Shown one piece after another: positions 7,779-20,000 of a stretch of 35,615 nucleotides of DNA. Within the stretch, counting starts at the first letter, position 1, and every line of letters starts with the position of its first letter. A program made the position numbers and the translations under genes. Source of the DNA: Hyphomicrobiales bacterium (GTDB lineage: Bacteria > Pseudomonadota > Alphaproteobacteria > Rhizobiales > Rhizobiaceae); NCBI GenBank assembly GCA_011087745.1, contig JAALLB010000001.1, positions 1 to 35,615 of the forward strand, read 5' to 3'. The notes under the pieces are model-generated. The model was not told the DNA's origin, searched no databases, and worked only from the letters and a program-made list of their open reading frames with translations.

Positions 7779-8609
7779 TCAAACCGACAAATCAACAGAT
7801 ATACCCGGTATCCAGTCGTAAAGCAGAGCAAATAACAATAACCCAAGGGCGATGCGGTAAATTGTAAAAATCAGAAAACTTGAACGTTTCACAAAGGCCA
7901 TTAAGAAGGCAATTGCTGCGAGTGCTGCAAAGAATGTGAGCACTGCTGCCATGATTGCACCATTTGAAATTTCAATACCCGATTCAACTGCATCAAGGGT
8001 TACAAATGCCCCCGCACCGGCAATTGCGGGGATGCCCAAGAGAAATGAAAATCTGGCAGCTTCCGGGCGTGAAAATCCCATAAACCGTGCAGCAGTCATG
8101 GTAATACCAGAACGGGAAGTTCCGGGAATAAGTGCTAGAGCCTGGGCAAATCCCATCAATACGGCAGGAGACATTTTCATATCTGCCATCACCTTGGTCT
8201 GTTTACCGATGTAATCGGCAATATACATCAGGATACCAAAAATTATGGCATTCCACGCAATGACCTCAACAGAACGAAGTTCAGCGCCGAGGCCGGACTT
8301 TTTCAGGAACAGACCAAAGGCAACTGCAGGGATGGTTGCCACGATAATATAAAGCGCCATCCTGGAGTTGTCATTAATGCGCAGCCGCAACAAATCCAAC
8401 CCTCCGCCAATTAACTTCAACACATCGCGCCAAAAATAGACGATAACCGCAAAAAGAGACCCAATATGCACCATGACATCGGTGATCTGTCCTTGATCAG
8501 GCCACCCGGTGACCGCAGGAATTAGCGCTAAGTGACCTGATGACGAGATTGGCAGGAATTCAGTGATGCCTTGCACGATTGCAAGAACTATTATCTGTTC
8601 AGGTGTCAT
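7779..8609 (-). CDS. uppP: Undecaprenyl-diphosphate phosphatase
   Basis: It is polytopic and contains GITEFLPISSSGHL and PGTSRSGITMT, the two conserved BacA/UppP motifs. The ATG at 8609 follows the TTG at 8612 used by the ORF track. Confidence 0.93.
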   Translation of the reverse strand: MTPEQIIVLAIVQGITEFLPISSSGHLALIPAVTGWPDQGQITDVMVHIGSLFAVIVYFWRDVLKLIGGGLDLLRLRINDNSRMALYIIVATIPAVAFGLFLKKSGLGAELRSVEVIAWNAIIFGILMYIADYIGKQTKVMADMKMSPAVLMGFAQALALIPGTSRSGITMTAARFMGFSRPEAARFSFLLGIPAIAGAGAFVTLDAVESGIEISNGAIMAAVLTFFAALAAIAFLMAFVKRSSFLIFTIYRIALGLLLFALLYDWIPGISVDLSV

Positions 8610-8744
8610 CAAATGGCCTCAAGAGTGCAGATTAACTTGCGTGAGGCTGGTAGCCTCTTTATTGTTTTCAGAACGCTAAACTGATTCATTTCTTTTTTCA
8701 TGTTCGCGCCTTAATTTCTAGTGGATTTATAAGTAATAGGCCTT

Positions 8745-9437
8745 ATGCACACACTCTATCATCACCCAATGTCTGCCAGCTCGCGATATATTCGCTTACT
8801 TTTGGCTGAATATGCCCAACCTATCGTCCTCCTGGAAGAAAAACCATGGGAACGTCGTATGGAGTTTCTGCAGATTAATCCTGCCGGCACATTGCCAGTG
8901 CTTATGGTCGACGAAGGACAGTTCATAAGCGGTGGTATCGTTATTGGTGAATACTTGGACGAAACTTGTGACGCCATGATGCGTGAAAAGCGCTTGGTAC
9001 CAGAGAAATCATTGGAGCGGGCTGAAACCAGGCGATTGGTTGAATGGTTTTTAATCAAGCTGGACGCTGAGGTGATCCGCTATCTCGTCCAGGAGCGCGT
9101 TTTTAAGCAGTTGATGCGCAAGGAAGAAGGGGGCGGTGCACCGGATTCAAATATTATTCGCGTTGCCCGGGCAAACCTCAAAAATCACATGAAGTATTTA
9201 TCAGCCGTGTCTTCTTCAAGAGATTGGTTGTCAGGCAATTCTATTTCAGCCGCAGACATGGCAGCAGCTGCCGCAATTTCAGTCCTGGATTACCTGGGTG
9301 AAATTCAATGGGAAGATGAACCGGCGGCAAAAGACTGGTTTGCGCGCATTAAATCACGCCCGTCCTATCGTCCATTGTTGGCTGACAAGGTTATAGGACT
9401 GCCACCTGCGTCTCATTATATCGACCTGGATTTTTGA
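8745..9437 (+). CDS. Glutathione S-transferase family protein
   Basis: The 230-aa ORF has an N-terminal thioredoxin-like fold pattern (SASSRYIRLLL...INPAGTLPVL...ISGGIVIGEYL) followed by an alpha-helical C-terminal domain. Confidence 0.75.
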   Translation: MHTLYHHPMSASSRYIRLLLAEYAQPIVLLEEKPWERRMEFLQINPAGTLPVLMVDEGQFISGGIVIGEYLDETCDAMMREKRLVPEKSLERAETRRLVEWFLIKLDAEVIRYLVQERVFKQLMRKEEGGGAPDSNIIRVARANLKNHMKYLSAVSSSRDWLSGNSISAADMAAAAAISVLDYLGEIQWEDEPAAKDWFARIKSRPSYRPLLADKVIGLPPASHYIDLDF

Positions 9438-9440
9438 TCC

Positions 9441-10565
9441 TTGGCATCCGTCACCAAACTCAAACAGGATTTGTTGGCACGAGCCAAGTCACTTGGGTTT
9501 GATGTCTGCCACATAACGCCGGCAGACCTTCCTGAAGAAATTGGTGAAAAGCTTGAAAAAAGCGTACAGCTTAACAGACATGCAACAATGGATTGGATGA
9601 AAACCACACTTGAAAGACGTAAATCTCCAACCGCAATGTGGGGTGAAGCAAATACGGCGATCCTGGTTGGAATGAACTACGGACCAGACACTAATCCGCT
9701 TGAAACACTCGAACAAAAATCAATAGCCACCATCTCAGTCTATACCCGCAATCGCGACTAGCATGACATCATGAAAGGCAGGTTAAAGACTTTAGCAGGA
9801 TGGTTAGCATCACAAACCAAGGAAGATGTGAAAGTGTTTGTTGATACGGCTCCCTTGATGGAAAAGCCTTTGGCAAAACAGGCCGGCGTTGGGTGGCAAG
9901 GAAAACATACTAATTTGGTGTCGCGAGATTTTGGCTCTTGGTTATTTTTGGGATCAATTCTAACGAAGGCGCATCTGGCGGCTGATGAACCAGAATCAGA
10001 TCATTGCGGCTCTTGCCAATCATGCCTTGATATTTGCCCGACAAAGGCATTTCCAGCACCATATCAGCTCGATGCAGGAAAATGCATTTCTTATCTAACC
10101 ATCGAACACGATGGTCCCATACCTAGAGAGTTTCGAGAGGCTATGGGAAACCGTATTTATGAGTGTGATGATTGTTTGGCCGTATGTCCCTGGAATAAAT
10201 ACGCCCAAGAAACCGCGGAAATAAAACTAAAAGCCCGCGATGACCTGGCTGCGCCAGCTTTGCGAGAACTTGCTAAACTGGATGATGCTGGGTTTCGAGC
10301 AAAATTTTCCGGTTCTCCAATCAAACGCATTGGTAGAAACAGGTTTTTAAGGAACGTCATGATCGCGATTGAAAACTCACAAGATGGTTCTCTTAGAAAA
10401 GTTGTAATTGATAATGCCAAAGATGAAAGTGCTTTGGTGCGCGGCGCAAGTGTTTGGGCTTTGTCTAAACTTGAAGAAACCTCAACATTTTCTGATCTAC
10501 GGAATAAGGCATTGGCAAGTGAAACAGATGAGAGCGTTCGTGAAGAATGGAATGCGCATGGGTAA
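9441..10565 (+). pseudogene. queG: Epoxyqueuosine reductase QueG, interrupted by a single in-frame TAG at 9759-9761
   Basis: ORFs 9441..9761 and 9771..10565 are in the same frame (330 nt apart). The read-through sequence is VYTRNRD*HDIMKGRLK, where QueG has the conserved RDYH, so TAG replaces a Tyr codon. 4Fe-4S motifs are present (CGSCQSCLDICP and CDDCLAVCPW). The start is TTG. Confidence 0.8.
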
Positions 10566-11430
10566 GAAGCTATTTATTTTTGGATTTGGGTTTTCATCAG
10601 GCGCAATTGCGGAGAAGTCAAAAGTTGATTTTGATGTGATTTGCGGAACATCACGTTCACAAGAAAAAATAGAAAACCTGCGCACAAAGGGTTTTGAAGC
10701 AGAAATCTTTGATGGGCAATTAACCTCAGAAATAGAAATTCAACTTTCAAATACAACGCACATCGTTATCTCAGTTTCACCGGGTGATGAAGATCCGGTG
10801 CTGAAAGCTCTTCCAAATTTAATTGAACTTGCCCCAAACCTTGAGTGGATTGGTTATCTGTCAACCGTTGGTGTTTACGGTCACCACGATGGAGCCTGGG
10901 TCGATGAAAAAAGCGAATTGCACCCCGTTTCAAAGCGCTCAATCCAACGGGTTAAAGCAGAAGAAGCCTGGGCTAGCTTGTCAAAAGTAAATGACATTCC
11001 GCTGGGCATTTTCAGACTTTCAGGAATTTATGGGCCAGGTCGAAACTGGTTCATTAATATTGAAAAAGGGACGTCGCGCAGAATGATAAAGCCTGATCAG
11101 GTTTTCAATCGCATCCACAAAGAGGATATCGGACAAGCGGTTGCGCTGGCCATGCGCAAGAATATTGGCGGTGTTTTCAATATTACAGATGATGATCCGG
11201 CACCTCCGCAAGATGTGGTGACCTATGCCTATGAATTGATGGGTAAAACACCGCCTCCGGAGATTGATTTTGAAACAGCAGATATCACGCCAATGGCGCG
11301 AAGCTTTTATGGTGAAAATAAGCGAGTCAGCAATAAAAAATCGAAGGAAGTTTTGGGTCTTAAGTATCAATGGCCGAATTATCGATTTTCCCTCAAGCAG
11401 ATGTGGGACGAGGGGAGTTGGAAGGCTTAA
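10558..11430 (+). CDS. NAD(P)-binding SDR/epimerase-family protein
   Basis: It has a Rossmann start (KKLFIFGFGFSSGAIA) and later GVYG...; the product is not specific. The ATG at 10558 (or 10552) overlaps the queG stop. The track start at 10408 lies inside queG and is unlikely. Confidence 0.65.
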   Translation: MGKKLFIFGFGFSSGAIAEKSKVDFDVICGTSRSQEKIENLRTKGFEAEIFDGQLTSEIEIQLSNTTHIVISVSPGDEDPVLKALPNLIELAPNLEWIGYLSTVGVYGHHDGAWVDEKSELHPVSKRSIQRVKAEEAWASLSKVNDIPLGIFRLSGIYGPGRNWFINIEKGTSRRMIKPDQVFNRIHKEDIGQAVALAMRKNIGGVFNITDDDPAPPQDVVTYAYELMGKTPPPEIDFETADITPMARSFYGENKRVSNKKSKEVLGLKYQWPNYRFSLKQMWDEGSWKA

Positions 11431-11475
11431 AACATAAGCTAGACTCTTACCATTATTCATGCGAGTTCATCATTC

Positions 11476-12141
11476 ATGAGTAAAAACTTGGAAATCAAGA
11501 TTTGTGGACTGTCCACCGATGAGAGCATTGATGCTGTCATTGCCGGCGGCGCTTCGCATATGGGACTGATATTCTTTGAAAAAAGTCCGCGTCATGTAAG
11601 CCTTGAGCAGGCTAAATTACTTTCTGAACATGCCGGAGATCGTATTCAAAAAGTAGCTGTTAGTGTTAACGCTGATGATGAATACCTTGATGGTATCGTG
11701 GCAGCAGTAAAGCCTGATATGCTGCAACTGCATGGCAAAGATACCGTTGAACGAGTTGAAGAATTAAAGGCGCGTTTTGAGCTGCCCATAATGAAAGTAT
11801 TTGCAATCAGCGACATATCTGATTTTGAAAGCGTGAAATCATATGTCGGCGTAGCGGATCGATTTTTATTTGATGCAAAGCCGCCAAAAGGCTCAGATTT
11901 GCCGGGCGGAAATGGTGTCGCTTTTGATTGGGAAATCATGGACGCTCTGCCTAAAGATGTGCCATATATGTTATCTGGCGGACTGGATGCTTCGAACGTA
12001 TGTTTGGCACTTGAACGCTCAGGCGCAAATGCAGTGGATGTCTCATCCGGAGTTGAGAGCTCTGCGGGTGTGAAAGACATAAAATTGATAGAAGAATTTT
12101 TGGCAGCATGTCATGACTGTGGCGCTGCAGACAATGGGTAA
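11476..12141 (+). CDS. trpF: Phosphoribosylanthranilate isomerase
   Basis: The 221-aa ORF contains IKICGL...[17 protein letters not shown]...LQLHG...LSGGL and lies upstream of trpB-trpA. Confidence 0.9.
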   Translation: MSKNLEIKICGLSTDESIDAVIAGGASHMGLIFFEKSPRHVSLEQAKLLSEHAGDRIQKVAVSVNADDEYLDGIVAAVKPDMLQLHGKDTVERVEELKARFELPIMKVFAISDISDFESVKSYVGVADRFLFDAKPPKGSDLPGGNGVAFDWEIMDALPKDVPYMLSGGLDASNVCLALERSGANAVDVSSGVESSAGVKDIKLIEEFLAACHDCGAADNG

Positions 12142-12152
12142 GGAAACAAGCT

Positions 12153-13382
12153 TTGAGTAAACCATTAGAACCAAATTCATTTATGACCGGACCAGATGAA
12201 GAGGGTCACTTTGGCATTTTTGGTGGACGCTATGTTGCCGAAACTTTGATGCCGCTAATTCTGGAACTGGAGCAGGCTTATAATAGCGCCAAGGCCGATC
12301 CTGATTTTCATGCGGAAATTGAATATCTAAATAAGCATTATACGGGCCGACCATCGCCGCTTTATTTTGCAGAAAGCCTAACCGAGCATTTGGGCGGCGC
12401 AAAAATTTACTTCAAGCGTGATGAGCTGAACCACACGGGTTCTCACAAAATCAACAATTGCCTGGGTCAAATTCTTCTGGCCAAAAAGATGGGCAAGACT
12501 CGAATTATAGCCGAAACGGGTGCAGGCCAACACGGTGTTGCTGCAGCAACCGTTGCCGCAAAATTTGGTTTCCCTTGTGTGGTTTACATGGGTAAAACTG
12601 ATGTTGAGCGCCAAAGCCCGAATGTTTTCCTGATGAAATTACTGGGTGCAGAAATAGTGCCAGTTACAGCAGGTGCCGGCACACTAAAAGACGCCATGAA
12701 TGAAGCCCTTCGCGATTGGGTGACCAATGTTGACGATACCTATTATCTGATTGGTACCGCAGCTGGCCCTCATCCATATCCCGAGCTCGTACGTGATTTC
12801 CAATCTGTGATTGGCAAGGAATGTAAAGAGCAGATCATGGAAGCAGAGGGGCGTTTACCTGACATGCTGGTGGCTTCAGTAGGCGGCGGTTCAAATGCTA
12901 TTGGTCTCTTCCATCCATTTCTGGATGACAAGGACGTTGAGATCGTCGGCGTTGAAGCAGGTGGTTTGGGTCTCGATGGTGATCAACATTGCGCATCTCT
13001 TTCTGCAGGAAAGCCGGGCGTGCTTCACGGCAATCGAACATTCTTGTTGCAAGATGATGATGGTCAAATTCTTGAAGGTCATTCAATATCAGCTGGTCTT
13101 GACTATCCAGGAATTGGGCCGGAACATTCATACCTCCGCGACACCAATCGGGTTGAATATGTGCCGATTATGGATACAGAAGCGCTGGAGGCATTTCAGC
13201 TACTTTGCAAGACCGAAGGAATTATTCCGGCGCTTGAACCCTGTCATGCATTGGCCGAGGTAGTAAAACGCGCTCCTAAAATGGGTAAAGACAAGATAAT
13301 TGTCATGAATCTGTGCGGCCGCGGTGATAAAGATGTTTTCACTGTCGGTAAAGCGCTCGGCGTGGATATGGAAACCAGTTAA
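12153..13382 (+). CDS. trpB: Tryptophan synthase beta chain
   Basis: It contains [32 protein letters not shown] (the PLP lysine) and GVAAATVAA. The TTG start is retained because the PNSF.TGPDE N-terminus is typical of the family. Confidence 0.96.
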   Translation: MSKPLEPNSFMTGPDEEGHFGIFGGRYVAETLMPLILELEQAYNSAKADPDFHAEIEYLNKHYTGRPSPLYFAESLTEHLGGAKIYFKRDELNHTGSHKINNCLGQILLAKKMGKTRIIAETGAGQHGVAAATVAAKFGFPCVVYMGKTDVERQSPNVFLMKLLGAEIVPVTAGAGTLKDAMNEALRDWVTNVDDTYYLIGTAAGPHPYPELVRDFQSVIGKECKEQIMEAEGRLPDMLVASVGGGSNAIGLFHPFLDDKDVEIVGVEAGGLGLDGDQHCASLSAGKPGVLHGNRTFLLQDDDGQILEGHSISAGLDYPGIGPEHSYLRDTNRVEYVPIMDTEALEAFQLLCKTEGIIPALEPCHALAEVVKRAPKMGKDKIIVMNLCGRGDKDVFTVGKALGVDMETS

Positions 13383-13403
13383 TTTTCAAAGAAGTACATT
13401 AAA

Positions 13404-14234
13404 ATGAAAACAAGAATTGATACACGCTTTGAAGCGCTAAAAGCAGAAGGTCGCCCAGGCCTTGTGACATTTATCATGGCAGGTGATCCAAATCTGGAAG
13501 TTGGTCAGGAAGTTTTGAATGGTCTGCCAAATGCCGGCGCTGATTTGATAGAAATTGGCATGCCGTTTTCAGACCCAATGGCAGATGGACCTTCTATTCA
13601 GCTTGCTGGACAACGGGCCTTAAAGGGCGGTCAAACACTCGCGAAAACCCTGGCGATGGTGGCTAAATTTCGAAAGTTGGGTAGTGAAACACCAATCATT
13701 TTGATGGGCTACTACAACCCGATTTATATTTACGGCAATGAGATATTTCTTAAGGACGCAAATGCGGCCGGTGTTGATGGCCTTATCATAGTAGATTTGC
13801 CACCAGAAGCGGATGATGAACTTTGTATTCCGGCGATGGATCACAATATCAATTTCATCCGTCTTGCAACGCCAACGACAGACGCTGCACGCTTGCCCAA
13901 GGTATTAGAAAACACATCTGGCTTTTTGTACTATGTTTCAATCACCGGCATAACCGGTGCAGCAGCTCCTGATCCGGACCGGGTCGGAAAAGCTGTTGCA
14001 GCAATTAAGGCAAAAACAGATATACCAGTTGCAGTAGGCTTCGGCGTTAGAACAGCTGAACAAGCTGCCGATATTGGCAGAGGAGCTGATGGTGTTGTTG
14101 TTGGGTCAGCACTTGTTTCTGTAATTCTTGATAATCTTGATGATCAGGGTAATCCTAGGGAAGGAACTGCCAGGGCAGTGCATGCTTTGGTTGAAGACCT
14201 TGCATCTGGCGTTCGTTCCGTTAAACACGGATAA
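13404..14234 (+). CDS. trpA: Tryptophan synthase alpha chain
   Basis: It contains [26 protein letters not shown] and [10 protein letters not shown]. Confidence 0.95.
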   Translation: MKTRIDTRFEALKAEGRPGLVTFIMAGDPNLEVGQEVLNGLPNAGADLIEIGMPFSDPMADGPSIQLAGQRALKGGQTLAKTLAMVAKFRKLGSETPIILMGYYNPIYIYGNEIFLKDANAAGVDGLIIVDLPPEADDELCIPAMDHNINFIRLATPTTDAARLPKVLENTSGFLYYVSITGITGAAAPDPDRVGKAVAAIKAKTDIPVAVGFGVRTAEQAADIGRGADGVVVGSALVSVILDNLDDQGNPREGTARAVHALVEDLASGVRSVKHG

Positions 14235-14289
14235 GACATAATTTTCCTGCATGCGATGCACAGATTAATAACTAAAGGATTTTGATCAG

Positions 14290-15216
14290 ATGAACTGGAT
14301 CACAAACCTCGTACCACCAAAGATTGGTAATCTACTTAACCGCAAGGATATGCCTGAGAACCTCTGGATTAAATGTCCGGTGTCTGGCGAGATGGTCTTC
14401 CATAAGGACTTGGAAGCCAATATGGGTGTGATCCCAAGTTCTGGCCATCACATGAAAATCACCGCGAAAGAGCGGCTGGGCTTTCTTTTTGATGACGCTG
14501 AGTATGAAGTAATTGAAATGCCGGCTGTTGCTCAAGATCCACTAAAATTTCGAGATAAATCAAGATACGCCGACAAGTTAAAAGATGCTCGTAAGAAGAC
14601 CGGGCTTGAAGATTCAATTCTTGCAGCAAAAGGCAATATCGAAGAACTCGACATGATCGCTGTTGTGCATGAAATGCAGTTCATCGGCGGATCGCTGGGC
14701 ATGGCTGCTGGCGACATGATCGTAAAAGCAATGGAAATTGCCGCAGAAACCAAAACACCACTCGTTTTGTTTGCAGCATCTGGTGGTGCTCGCATGCAAG
14801 AGGGTATTCTTTCGCTTATGCAATTGCCGCGCACAACCGTCGGCGTTCAGCGCATGAAAGACGCAGGCGTTCCGTATATTGTTGTTCTGACAAATCCAAC
14901 CACAGGCGGTGTTTCTGCTTCTTATGCAATGCTGGGCGATGTCCATATCGCAGAACCAGGGGCAGTAATTGGCTTTGCGGGTCGCCGGGTGATCGAGGGC
15001 ACTATCCGTGAAAAATTGCCTGATGATTTTCAAACCGCTGAATACCTGCAAGAACACGGCATGGTCGATATGATTGTTAGTCGTCTTGATATGAAATCAA
15101 CGCTTTCACGTGTTATTCGTCTGTTGCTTGGTAAGCCTGCTTATGAAGCGCCGCCAATAGCGCTTGAGGCTCCAGAAAATATTTCTGAACCAAAAGAAGA
15201 AACTTCTGAAGCTTAG
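14290..15216 (+). CDS. accD: Acetyl-CoA carboxylase carboxyltransferase beta subunit
   Basis: It has a zinc-ribbon-like N-terminus ([12 protein letters not shown]) plus [11 protein letters not shown] and SGGARMQEG. The trpA-accD-folC order is conserved. Confidence 0.93.
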   Translation: MNWITNLVPPKIGNLLNRKDMPENLWIKCPVSGEMVFHKDLEANMGVIPSSGHHMKITAKERLGFLFDDAEYEVIEMPAVAQDPLKFRDKSRYADKLKDARKKTGLEDSILAAKGNIEELDMIAVVHEMQFIGGSLGMAAGDMIVKAMEIAAETKTPLVLFAASGGARMQEGILSLMQLPRTTVGVQRMKDAGVPYIVVLTNPTTGGVSASYAMLGDVHIAEPGAVIGFAGRRVIEGTIREKLPDDFQTAEYLQEHGMVDMIVSRLDMKSTLSRVIRLLLGKPAYEAPPIALEAPENISEPKEETSEA

Positions 15217-15226
15217 TGCTTGCTCC

Positions 15227-16531
15227 ATGAAATCCGACGCACTCATTAACAAGTTGTCCGAAATTCATCCGAAGGGTTTTGACCTTTCGCTTGATAGAAT
15301 TTCCGCGCTTCTAGAAAAGCTTGGTCGTCCACAAGACAAACTCCCACCCGTCATTCATGTTGCAGGAACCAATGGTAAAGGCTCAACGCTCGCGTTTACA
15401 AGAGCAATTCTGGAAGCTCAGGGTTATAAAGTTCATGTGCATACTTCACCTCATTTGGTGAACTGGCATGAGCGTTATCGCTTGGCGGGAACTTTGGTCA
15501 GCGATGATACCTTGGCTGATGCGATCAAGCGCGTTGCCGATGCCAATGACAATCAACCAATAACGGTATTCGAGCTTTTATGCGCTGTGATGTTTGTTTT
15601 GTTTAGCGAACATGAAGCTGATTTTGCCTTGGTGGAAGTAGGTCTTGGTGGCCGCTTTGACGCAACCAACGTAATAGAAAATCCCTTGGTTTGTGCAATC
15701 ACACCCGTTGCACTGGATCATCAGGCTTTTCTGGGGGACACGATCTCTGCCATCGCATTTGAAAAGGCCGGCATTATCAAAAGACGTGTGCCAGTAGCAG
15801 TCGGCATTCAACAAGATGAAGCTTTGGAAACCATAGAAAAAGTTGCAAGAAAAAATGCAGCACCTGCTCAAATTTCCGGGCAGGGTTTTGATTCTTATCG
15901 CGACGCGACGGGCTTTGTGTTTCAAGACGAAGACGGGTTACTGGATTTGCCCTTGCCCAAATTGGCGGGCGAACATCAACTTGAAAACGCAGCACTTGCT
16001 ATTGCAGCAATTAGATCTGCGAACATTGAAGTGTCATCCGAAGCATTTGCAAAAGGTATGCGGAATGTAACCTGGCCAGGGCGATTGGAAAAATTGCCCT
16101 GTGGAAAGATAACAAAGCAGCTTTTGGATCATTCAGACATTTGGATTGATGGTGGGCATAACCCATCAGCAGGAGAAGCCATTGCTGCCGAGTTGGTTCG
16201 GCAGGATGCAATGACAAGTCGCAAAACACTGCTGGTTTGCGGAATGATCAATACCAAAGAACCTTTTGGCTACTTCAAGCCTTATGAAGCCCTGGATGCT
16301 GAAGTCTTTGCGATACCGGTGGCAATGAGCGAAGCCAGCATAGCGCCTGAGACATTGGTAGAGGTTGCCCAAAGTGCTGGTTTAACCACTCAATGCTTTG
16401 TTTCCTTGCAAGCGGCAATTTGCGAGGTTAGCAAGCGCTTAAAGCAAACCCCTGACATGCGCATATTGTTTTGTGGGTCGCTTTATATGGTGGGTGAGGT
16501 GCTCGAGTTAAACGAAACGCCTCCGAAATAA
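15227..16531 (+). CDS. folC: Bifunctional folylpolyglutamate synthase/dihydrofolate synthase
   Basis: It has a Mur-ligase P-loop (HVAGTNGKGST) and VEVGLGGRFDATNV. I prefer the ATG at 15227, 11 nt after the accD stop, over the track start at 15164 inside accD. Confidence 0.9.
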   Translation: MKSDALINKLSEIHPKGFDLSLDRISALLEKLGRPQDKLPPVIHVAGTNGKGSTLAFTRAILEAQGYKVHVHTSPHLVNWHERYRLAGTLVSDDTLADAIKRVADANDNQPITVFELLCAVMFVLFSEHEADFALVEVGLGGRFDATNVIENPLVCAITPVALDHQAFLGDTISAIAFEKAGIIKRRVPVAVGIQQDEALETIEKVARKNAAPAQISGQGFDSYRDATGFVFQDEDGLLDLPLPKLAGEHQLENAALAIAAIRSANIEVSSEAFAKGMRNVTWPGRLEKLPCGKITKQLLDHSDIWIDGGHNPSAGEAIAAELVRQDAMTSRKTLLVCGMINTKEPFGYFKPYEALDAEVFAIPVAMSEASIAPETLVEVAQSAGLTTQCFVSLQAAICEVSKRLKQTPDMRILFCGSLYMVGEVLELNETPPK

Positions 16532-16535
16532 AGTT

Positions 16536-16566
16536 AAAAACAAAAAACCCGGCTGTTTCCAGCCAG
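16536..16566 (-). terminator. Rho-independent terminator downstream of trxA
   Basis: The minus-strand RNA reads CUGGCUG-GAAA-CAGCCGG (7 bp including one G.U pair) followed by GUUUUUUGUUUUU. It lies in the convergent folC/trxA gap. Confidence 0.5.
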
Positions 16567-16591
16567 CTTAACATTAAAAATTCGAGTAGAC

Positions 16592-16912
16592 TTAAGAAGC
16601 GCCGTTGATCCACTCAACCAAAGCACTTTTTGGCTTGCCGCCAACTTGCATTGCAGCAGGCTCACCGTCTTTAAAGATTAGAAGTGTTGGGATCGAGCGA
16701 ACACCGTATTGAGCAGCCAAATCTGGATTTTCATCAATGTTGATTTTGGTAATTTTCACTTTGCCTTCCATCTCATCAGAGATCTCTTCAAGGCTTGGGC
16801 CAATTGCTTTACACGGGCCACACCATTCGGCCCAAAAATCAACTACCACTGGGATATCAGAACCTAAAACGTCTGATTGAAAGTTGTCTGCATCTATTTT
16901 TTGTGTAGCCAT
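16592..16912 (-). CDS. trxA: Thioredoxin
   Basis: The 106-aa ORF has the WCGPC active site ([10 protein letters not shown]). AAGGAAG lies upstream of the ATG. Confidence 0.97.
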   Translation of the reverse strand: MATQKIDADNFQSDVLGSDIPVVVDFWAEWCGPCKAIGPSLEEISDEMEGKVKITKINIDENPDLAAQYGVRSIPTLLIFKDGEPAAMQVGGKPKSALVEWINGAS

Positions 16913-17002
16913 GATAAGCTTCCTTATTATTTTTCGAATCTAAACCGACTCGATTGAACTTGAACTTAACGTAAGAACGCGGGCAGCTAACGTCAAGATG
17001 TC

Positions 17003-20000
17003 TTAGCTGTTCTTGATTGCGTCCAGCGCCCTATTCAGTGATTCATCTGGGATAACCATCAATTCAGGCGTCTGCGTCCATAATAACGCAGATATTATTT
17101 CTTTTGTCTTATAAATTCGGGCAACCAAATCACGATAAAGTGCTAGCTGCGTGATGTATTCATCTGGCGTATCGGCGATAGAATTTGGAACAGATCGGTT
17201 GGTTTTGTAATCCAAAATCGTTACGCGATCATCCGAGATGATAAGCCTGTCTATTTGGCCGGTTACCAACATGCTTCCGGATTTAACATCAAGACGCCCT
17301 GCAAGAGAAACCTCAGCCCGGGCTTCGCCTTCAAATAGGCCTTTAAAATGATCATCTGACAAAATACCAAAGATATTGTTGAGAATTTCAGCCCGCTGAT
17401 CAGGCGATAAATTCGAGCAGGTTTTATCCAGATAGTCGGTTGCAAGCGGCAATCGATTTTCTGGTAAAATGTCCGGTAAAACTTCAAACAATTTGTGAGT
17501 GGCATTACCGCGTTGAATGGCAAATGAATTGGTTTCTGCAGTTGCCCCAAATTTCAGGGTTTCGTTTGTTAAACTATCCCTATCAATCAAGGCAAAAGCA
17601 CCGGAAGGTGTAAGGGGCCTAGGAAGCGGCGCATCAGCTCTTGCGGGTTTGTTCAGCCACTCCGGTATAGATTTCAGATCAGTAGCAAGTGGCAACTTCT
17701 GGTCGCTAGGTTTGGCAGATACAGCAGGCTGCGCTTTTGATATCCAATGTAAAGCAGTTAACTCTCCGGCATCATTCTTGATTTTAGTAGCAGTTTCAAC
17801 AAGCGAATTTTCAACCATCTGATGCCAATAAGGATGGTTGGGCTCACGGGTTCCCCGATACCCGCAAACGACCAATCGGTCCGCAGCCCGCGTCATGCCA
17901 ACATATAATAAACGACGGTACTCCGCCTCCGCGGCTTCTCCAATCAGAGCAGTACTTGATCGGATTGCTTCAACGTGTTGCTCTTTGCTGGTAAGCCACA
18001 GATATCCATTTTTGTTCTGATCATTGTCAATTTCAAGAATTTCTGGTCTGTGTTTTTCTGTCCAGGCAGCACCACAATGATCAACCAGAAAGACGACCCG
18101 TGCCTCAAGTCCTTTTGAGGAATGAACCGTAAGAATGCGAACCTCATCGCGCTCGAGTTCTACTTCGCGTTTGATTACGGGTTCTGCTTTCGTGAGCTCG
18201 GTTATGAAAGTCTCGAGGCCACCAGAACGGTCATTGGTGAAGTTAAGTGCTTCATCCAAAAATGAATCCAGAACGTCTTCCGCTTCCAATCCAAGGCGGT
18301 TCAGGATTTTCTTTCGACCTTCCATTTTGCCGAGCAGGTTCGCGTAAAAATCAAAAACACTTGAAGTGCGCCCAACCTCAAATATTTTCTCCAGGCGTTC
18401 TATAATTAGGGATGCAATGTTAGATTTTGGATGAGTTTCAATCTGTGAGATGGCAACGATCTGATCATAGAGACTCATATCTCCGCGCCCATGTGCAAAC
18501 TCAAACAGAGTGTCTTCATCAATATTGAAGAACACGCCCTTAAGTACGCAAGCAAGAGAAAGATCGTCTTCTGGCAGCAGCGCAACTCGACCAATTGCCC
18601 GTAAATCTTCGATTGCCACGTGATCGGTGAGAGTGAGACGGTCAGCACCCGCAATCGCAAGTCCCTTGTCCTTCATGGTACGCGTAAATGCAGTTAGAAA
18701 CCGATCCCGTTTTCGAACAAGCACCAGTATATCGCCAAACTTCAGTGGAACTTCCATGCCGGGCAGTGTTTGACCTACCCAGTCTTTAATGGAGTCAGCA
18801 ATTTTATTGGCCAGCAGAACAGCTGGATCATCAGCAGGTTTTTTATCAATCGCATCCAGCCAGCTATCAGTTTGCTCAACTTTTTCTTGAACGAAAACCG
18901 GCCAAACCTGGACTTGACCAGGGTGATTGCTTCTCACCGCATCATGTATCGGTTTTTCGCCAGATTGAGTTAGGCCATTCAGGTTTTCAGAGTGTGAAAA
19001 AACCTTATCAATCGCATGCAGAACGTCTTGCGTCGAGCGAAATGAAAACTCCAGCTGTCCTGCATGAAAAGATTTATCAGCTGTTAAGACACGTTTTTGC
19101 AGGCGGTTCTTTTGTCTATCAAATTCACTGGGCTCAGCACCCTGGAAAGAAAAAATTGACTGCTTCTCATCACCTACCACAAACACCGTACGATTTATGT
19201 TTGCTGCGGTGTCTCCGGAATGAAAATCTTCTGTAATCGCATTGATGATCTCCCACTGTTTGGGGCTGGTATCTTGAGCCTCATCAACCAGAAGATGATC
19301 AATTCCGCGATCTAGACGGTAGCGAATCCAGTCTTTGATCTCTGCCCTTGTCAAAAGATTGGCGCATTTTTCAATCTGGTCATCAAAATCAATAACACCG
19401 CGTTGGCGTTTCATATTCTCATAATGTTTCAGAACAGCTTCGCCAATTTTGAAAAGATGTCGCGAGTTTTTCAAAAGCTGGAGTGCGCTGATTTTTTCAA
19501 GTGCACCCAGAACGTGATCTGCGATTTCAAAAAGAGTTTCCACCACGTTTGGAATTGCATCTTTTACAAATTTGGTAGCGATGGTCTTTTCTGATTTAGT
19601 TTCATTCTTTGCTGTCAGAACAGCCTTGCGAATTATTTCAAATGTAAGTTCCGGCTGATTGTTTTCTGCAAGTACCTGTAAGGCATTTGCCAAATTCAAA
19701 TCGGTTTGCTTGTCACTGCCTGCTGCTTGAGTGGTAATGGCTGAAATACCCCTGCAATTGGCCAGGATATCTGTAATCGCACGGTTTTGGATATCCTCGA
19801 CCTGATCACCCTCAGTTACGCCGAGCTTTTCATAAAGCGACTGTAATGCTGTTTTGACATCACCCTTTGTCCAGTTTTGAAAATCCTGCCGCATTGCGAT
19901 GATTGCGTTAAGACCATTTTCAATGGTTGCATCGGTTGCAAAGGGAATTAGCGCTGCATAATGGTGAGCGGCTTCACTGTCTTCACCGCTCAGCGCTAGG

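Noticed and set aside
10408-10557. The track start at 10408 for the SDR ORF, and likewise 15164 for folC and 5809 for lptA paralog 2
   Set aside because: These upstream extensions overlap the preceding gene by 60-160 nt. The internal ATGs at 10558, 15227 and 5755 give the expected N-termini: a Rossmann motif, the start of FolC, and a signal peptide.
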